A DNA stretch of 64,000 nt from NCBI GenBank assembly GCA_041662125.1, contig JBAZTA010000001.1:324761-388760 (forward strand), in the 5' to 3' direction. This DNA comes from Candidatus Omnitrophota bacterium (lineage in GTDB: Bacteria; Omnitrophota; Gorgyraeia; Gygaellales; Profunditerraquicolaceae). The notes under the pieces are model-generated. The model worked only from the letters and a program-made list of their open reading frames with translations, made no database searches and had not been told where the DNA came from. This document shows positions 59,503 through 64,000 of the stretch, in pieces. Numbering within the stretch: the first letter of the stretch is position 1; the number at the start of each line of letters is the position of its first letter. Position numbers and translations under genes: made by a program.

Positions 59503-61680
59503 TTATTTTTCCTTTTTCAAGATATCTTTTTCAAGCCAAGCGTCGCGGTCAACCAGAAGCTTGCGAGGCTTGCTTCCTTCATACGGGCCAACTAACCCTT
59601 CCTGCTCCATCATATCAATGATACGGGCGGCACGCGTATATCCCAAGCGCATGCGCCGCTGTAATATAGACACCGATGCCTGATTGCTCTCAATAATGAT
59701 CCTGACCGCTTCATCGTACATCTCATCTTTTTGCCCTTCAGAAATAGAAGATTTCTGCTGGTCTTTTAAGATGGCTTCATTAAATACAGGATCCCCCTGC
59801 TGTTTAATGAAAGAAACGACTTTCTCAATTTCTTTATCAGAAACCAGCGCTCCCTGGGCACGCGTCAGTTTTGCTTCTTCCGGCCGCAATAAAAGCATAT
59901 CTCCTTTTCCCAAAAGTTTATCCGCCCCATTCATATCCAATACAGTCCGGGAATCAACTTTAGAGGCGACTTTAAATGAGATACGCGCAGGCAGGTTAGC
60001 TTTAATGACACCGGTGATAACATTGACTGATGGCCGCTGCGTCGCTAAAACTAAATGTATTCCTACCGCGCGAGACAGCTGGGCCAGGCGCGTAATAGCG
60101 CTTTCGATCTGGTCCCGTGCCACCATCATCAAATCAGCGAACTCATCGATGATAACAATAATATAAGGCATAAGCGTATTTTTCTCATTATACGCTTCGA
60201 TATTTCGGGAACCCGCTTCAGCTAAAAGACGATAGCGGTCCTCCATCTCACCGACTGCCCAACCAAGCGCGATCGCCGCCTTTTTTGCATCAGTCACTAC
60301 CGGGCATAAAAGATGCGGCAAGCCGTTAAACGGAGCCAGCTCTACCATTTTCGGATCAATCATTACAAATTTAAGTTCAGCAGGTGTTGACCTGAAAAGC
60401 AACGATAATACCAACGTATTAACGCAAACGGTCTTACCTGAACCGGTTGTCCCGGCGATTAAAAGATGCGGCATTTTTGCCAGGTCAGCAAAAACAGGTT
60501 TGCCGGCGATATCTTTCCCCAGAGCTAATGTTAATTTCGACTGCGATTTCTGGAACTCAGGCGAAGCAAGTATTTCTTTTAAATAAACCAAGGTACTCTG
60601 AGAATTAGGGACTTCGACTCCCACACGCGCTTTACCGGGGATCGGCGCAACGATCCTTACCGACTGCGCCTTCATCGCCAAAGAGATATCATCCCCCAAA
60701 GCTACGATGCGGTTCAGTTTTACTCCCGGCGCAGGCTCAAGCTCATAGCGGGTAATAATAGGGCCCCGTTCAATATCGGTCACTTTAACCGCGATGCCGA
60801 AATCAGCCAAAGTATCTTCCAAAATACGCGCGTTAGTAGTCAGGTCTTCTTTAATATGCCGTGCTTCCAAAGGAGGGGGCGAATCCATTAATTCGATGGA
60901 AGGCAAACGATAATCACCGATCTTAACCGGTTCAATGCGGGCCTTAACTTCGCTGGCCATCTCAGGCGCTTCTTTAATCTTAAGTTTTGGCGCGGCAAAT
61001 TTAGCTTGGGATTCTTTCTCTATTTCTTCCGGTACGTTTATTTTTGGCTTAACCATCGAACCGGCTGATTCTCTTCTCTTTCCCTGGGCAGGCTTAAGAA
61101 ACGATGCTTTTTGTTTAATGCCGGCATTTAACTTCCCCAGGGAGCCACCCATAGCCTTAAATCTTTTTCCTACTTTACTAAAGAACGTTGATAAAAGTAT
61201 CTCGGTAACCAAAACGATAGATAAAAGGATAAACGTCACAAATAAAATGCAGGCTCCGAGTTGCCCAAAATAGGCAATAACGGCATTAGAAATCATTGTA
61301 CCTACAAAACCTGCGCGGCCAAACTTCACCGCTTCATTACTGACAGTGAAAACCCCTATTAAAGAGCTCAGGGAGAACAATAAAACAAAGATACCGGCAA
61401 TACCGGATAAACGCAAGCCAAACGGCTCATCTTTAAAGAGTCGTTTACCCAGCCACAGGATCGCTAAAGGAATGATATAGCTTGACCAACCAAAGAGGAA
61501 AAGGAATATCCACCCCAAATAAGCGCCAAATGTCCTGATCAGATTTTTAGGAGGGATATTCGGATGAGTCGTATAGAAACCCAGATCGTAAGGATTAAAC
61601 GATAGTAAGCTGGCTAATACAATGAGGCTTATTGCTATTAAAACAACACCTTTGATCTCATTGAGTCGTTTTTCTTTCAC
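59503..61680 (-). CDS. ftsK: DNA translocase FtsK.
   Basis: N-terminal TMs, Walker A LIAGTTGSGKT and a C-terminal gamma winged-helix domain. Confidence 0.9.
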   Translation of the reverse strand: MKEKRLNEIKGVVLIAISLIVLASLLSFNPYDLGFYTTHPNIPPKNLIRTFGAYLGWIFLFLFGWSSYIIPLAILWLGKRLFKDEPFGLRLSGIAGIFVLLFSLSSLIGVFTVSNEAVKFGRAGFVGTMISNAVIAYFGQLGACILFVTFILLSIVLVTEILLSTFFSKVGKRFKAMGGSLGKLNAGIKQKASFLKPAQGKRRESAGSMVKPKINVPEEIEKESQAKFAAPKLKIKEAPEMASEVKARIEPVKIGDYRLPSIELMDSPPPLEARHIKEDLTTNARILEDTLADFGIAVKVTDIERGPIITRYELEPAPGVKLNRIVALGDDISLAMKAQSVRIVAPIPGKARVGVEVPNSQSTLVYLKEILASPEFQKSQSKLTLALGKDIAGKPVFADLAKMPHLLIAGTTGSGKTVCVNTLVLSLLFRSTPAELKFVMIDPKMVELAPFNGLPHLLCPVVTDAKKAAIALGWAVGEMEDRYRLLAEAGSRNIEAYNEKNTLMPYIIVIIDEFADLMMVARDQIESAITRLAQLSRAVGIHLVLATQRPSVNVITGVIKANLPARISFKVASKVDSRTVLDMNGADKLLGKGDMLLLRPEEAKLTRAQGALVSDKEIEKVVSFIKQQGDPVFNEAILKDQQKSSISEGQKDEMYDEAVRIIIESNQASVSILQRRMRLGYTRAARIIDMMEQEGLVGPYEGSKPRKLLVDRDAWLEKDILKKEK

Positions 61681-61689
61681 CTTAATCGG

Positions 61690-63768
61690 CTATTTCGCTT
61701 CTGCTTTTTTCTTGCTGAGATTAATCCTGCCTAAATCATCAACACCAATTACCACAACATTAAACTCATCGCCAACCTTAACAACAGAATTAACGTCTTT
61801 GACAAACTGATCTGCCAATTCAGAAACGTGGACCAAGCCTTCTTTATTCGGGGCTATTTCGCAGAAAGCGCCAAACTGCACTACCCGTTTGACTTTCGCG
61901 TGAAAAATACGGCCTACCTCGATTTCATCGGTTATGGCTTTGATCAATTGAATGGCTTGCGCTGATTTCGCTGCATCAATCGAAGCAACTAAAACCGTCC
62001 CGTCATCCTGTATATCAATCGAGGCTCCTGTTTGCGCGATGATCTTTTTAATCGTCTTGCCGCTGGGACCGATAAGCTCACCGATCTTTTCCGTATTAAT
62101 CTTCAAAACACTGATACGGGGCGCGAATGCCGATAACTCAACTCGCGGAGCACTGAGTACCGCAAACATCTTATCGATAATAAAGTGACGCGCTTCTTTT
62201 GACTGCGCCAAACAGCGCTGCAGCAGGCCTAAATCAATACCATCGATCTTTAAATCCAACTGTACCGCGGTCATTCCGGTTTTGGTCCCTGCCACTTTAA
62301 AATCCATATCCCCAAAATGGTCCTCAAGGCCGGCAATATCGGTTAAAATCGCAGCTTTATCGCCTTCTTTAACTAACCCTAAGGCAATACCGCTGACAAT
62401 ACCTTTTATCGGAACACCCGCGTCCATCAAAGATAAACTTGCCGCGCATACCGTCGCCATACTTGATGAGCCATTAGACTCCAGGATCTCAGAAACAACC
62501 CGCACGGTATACGGGAATTTGTCCTTAGTCGGCATAACTGCTAAAAGCGCTTTCTCCGCCAACGCGCCGTGGCCGATATCACGACGGCCGGGGCCGCGCA
62601 TCGGAGCTGTTTCTCCAACGCTAAACGGCGGAAAATTATAGTGGAGCATAAACGATTTATATTTTTCCCCTTCCAGGGCTTCAACCATCTGCTCATCTTC
62701 ACCGGAACCCAGTGTCGTAACCGACAAACTCTGCGTCTGCCCCCGGGTAAAAAGACAGGAACCATGGGTCCGCGGTAAGAGAGAAACCTCACAGCTGATC
62801 GGACGGATCTCTGTAAATTTCCTTCCATCTATACGAACGCTATCCTCTAATATCCTTTTACGGATCTGGAATTCTTCCACTTCCACCAAAGCCATTTTGA
62901 TATCCGCAGATACGTATCCATCGGGAGTAAGTGTTGCCTCTAATTCTTTCGATAACAAATCAACGCCCTCTTCACGCTCTTCTTTTTTACTTAACGCGTA
63001 TACTTCCTTTAACCGCCCCAGCGCTAACGTTTCAACTTTCTTGAGCAAAATAGGGTCTATTTTTTTATATTCAACCTTTAACTTCGGCTTGCCAAACTCA
63101 CGGATAATTTCCTGCTGAAAACGCAAGATCTCCTGCAGGCTCTCAACGCCAAAAGTAACTGCTTCCATGTATAATTCTTCTGAGACCTCTTGCGCCTTAG
63201 ACTCAAGCATAACCACACCGTTGGCATGAGCGGCAACCACAACATCTAAACTTGAAGTTTCTAACTCAGCGTACGTCGGATTAAGAACAAATTGGTCATT
63301 GATTCTTCCCACGCGGCAGCACGCTAGCGGCCCGTTAAAAGGAATATCAGAAAGCCCCAACGCCAAAGATGCGCCGTTAACCGCAAAGATATCGGGGTCA
63401 TTTTCTCCGTCGCTCGATAAAACAACGGCTACGACCTGAACATCATTCAAGATCCCCTTTGGAAAAAGCGGCCTGATGGGACGGTCAATCAAACGGGCAG
63501 TTAAGATCTCACTTTCCGAAGGCCTGCCTTCCCGCTTAAAGAACCCTCCCGGGATACGGCCGGCAGCATAGGTTTTTTCCTGATATTCCACCGTCAAAGG
63601 GAAAAAACTCATTCCTACCCTGGCTTCTTTCGAAATACAGGCAGTGATCAAAACAACTGTCCCCCCGTACTGCACCATAACCGACCCATTAGCCTGTTTG
63701 GCTATTTTACCAGTTTCTAAAACCATATCCTGTTTTCCAAATTTAATCTTTTTTGCGTTCGCTTGCAT
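61690..63768 (-). CDS. pnp: Polyribonucleotide nucleotidyltransferase (PNPase).
   Basis: Two RNase PH domains with C-terminal KH and S1 domains; 692 aa. Confidence 0.95.
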   Translation of the reverse strand: MQANAKKIKFGKQDMVLETGKIAKQANGSVMVQYGGTVVLITACISKEARVGMSFFPLTVEYQEKTYAAGRIPGGFFKREGRPSESEILTARLIDRPIRPLFPKGILNDVQVVAVVLSSDGENDPDIFAVNGASLALGLSDIPFNGPLACCRVGRINDQFVLNPTYAELETSSLDVVVAAHANGVVMLESKAQEVSEELYMEAVTFGVESLQEILRFQQEIIREFGKPKLKVEYKKIDPILLKKVETLALGRLKEVYALSKKEEREEGVDLLSKELEATLTPDGYVSADIKMALVEVEEFQIRKRILEDSVRIDGRKFTEIRPISCEVSLLPRTHGSCLFTRGQTQSLSVTTLGSGEDEQMVEALEGEKYKSFMLHYNFPPFSVGETAPMRGPGRRDIGHGALAEKALLAVMPTKDKFPYTVRVVSEILESNGSSSMATVCAASLSLMDAGVPIKGIVSGIALGLVKEGDKAAILTDIAGLEDHFGDMDFKVAGTKTGMTAVQLDLKIDGIDLGLLQRCLAQSKEARHFIIDKMFAVLSAPRVELSAFAPRISVLKINTEKIGELIGPSGKTIKKIIAQTGASIDIQDDGTVLVASIDAAKSAQAIQLIKAITDEIEVGRIFHAKVKRVVQFGAFCEIAPNKEGLVHVSELADQFVKDVNSVVKVGDEFNVVVIGVDDLGRINLSKKKAEAK

Positions 63769-63822
63769 AATGTTCTTTTCCTTGTGTTATGATTATGTTA
63801 TTAGGCGAGAAAAAACTTCAGA

Positions 63823-64000
63823 TTATTTTCTTAGATTGAGTTTTTCCAATAGTCCCTGATATTTGGCATTATCTTTTTTCTTAAGATACGCCAGGAGCCT
63901 ACGCCGCTTTCCTACCATGCTTAACAATCCGCGACGTGAATGGAAATCTTTTTTGTGGTTTTTAAAATGGTCACTTAAGAGATTTATCCTCTCCGTCAAA
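63823..64000 (-). CDS. rpsO: 30S ribosomal protein S15 (partial; the N-terminus lies beyond the window).
   Basis: Manual translation [58 protein letters not shown]. Confidence 0.85.
   Translation of the reverse strand, partial: LTERINLLSDHFKNHKKDFHSRRGLLSMVGKRRRLLAYLKKKDNAKYQGLLEKLNLRK

Overview
This 64 kb window reads as a bacterial chromosome segment of about 45% GC, probably from an uncultivated lineage, in which nearly every gene (about 55 kb) lies on the minus strand. In minus-strand transcription order it contains:

- **c-di-GMP / T4P-T2SS ATPase cluster** (6.4 kb to 1): a membrane HAMP-GAF protein with a degenerate GGDEF domain, a standalone GspE-N (MshEN-type) domain protein, two tandem full-length PilB/GspE ATPases and an HD-GYP response regulator.
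- **B12-binding radical SAM protein.**
- **Rod elongasome:** mreB-mreC-mreD-mrdA-rodA.
- **Housekeeping run:** aroA, a coiled-coil protein, rluD, lspA, a dksA/traR-like gene, ileS, mtnP, proC, yggS.
- **Complete dcw cluster:** mraZ-rsmH-ftsL-ftsI-murE-murF-mraY-murD-ftsW-murG-[secreted HExxH peptidase]-murC-murB-ddl-ftsQ-ftsA, with no ftsZ after ftsA.
- **Further genes:** ribF-nrnA-rbfA, cca, xerD, an MBL hydrolase, ligA, a metallophosphoesterase, acyP, tRNA-Pro(CGG).
- **Riboflavin operon:** ribBA-ribH-nusB-PHP-ribD-ribE, preceded by a promoter, an FMN riboswitch and a terminator.
- **Distal end:** cinA_C-thpR on the plus strand, then pgsA-pgpA, rimO, a rodZ-like gene, ftsK, pnp and rpsO.

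The parts not explained by ordinary gene calls are three small repeat families that look like structured RNA/DNA elements, two of which preserve hairpins through compensatory base changes:

- Family A is a roughly 135-nt two-hairpin element in about 2.5 copies, inserted between the FMN riboswitch terminator and ribBA; a second copy directly abuts the ribE start codon.
- Family B is a roughly 55-nt two-hairpin element with one copy inside the FMN aptamer and one at the 3' end of cca.
- Family C sits just downstream of the radical SAM gene and of tRNA-Pro.

Also notable are a consensus sigma70 promoter plus three 10-nt-phased GTGG (MraZ-box-like) repeats upstream of mraZ, the peptidase inserted into the dcw cluster, and the missing ftsZ.
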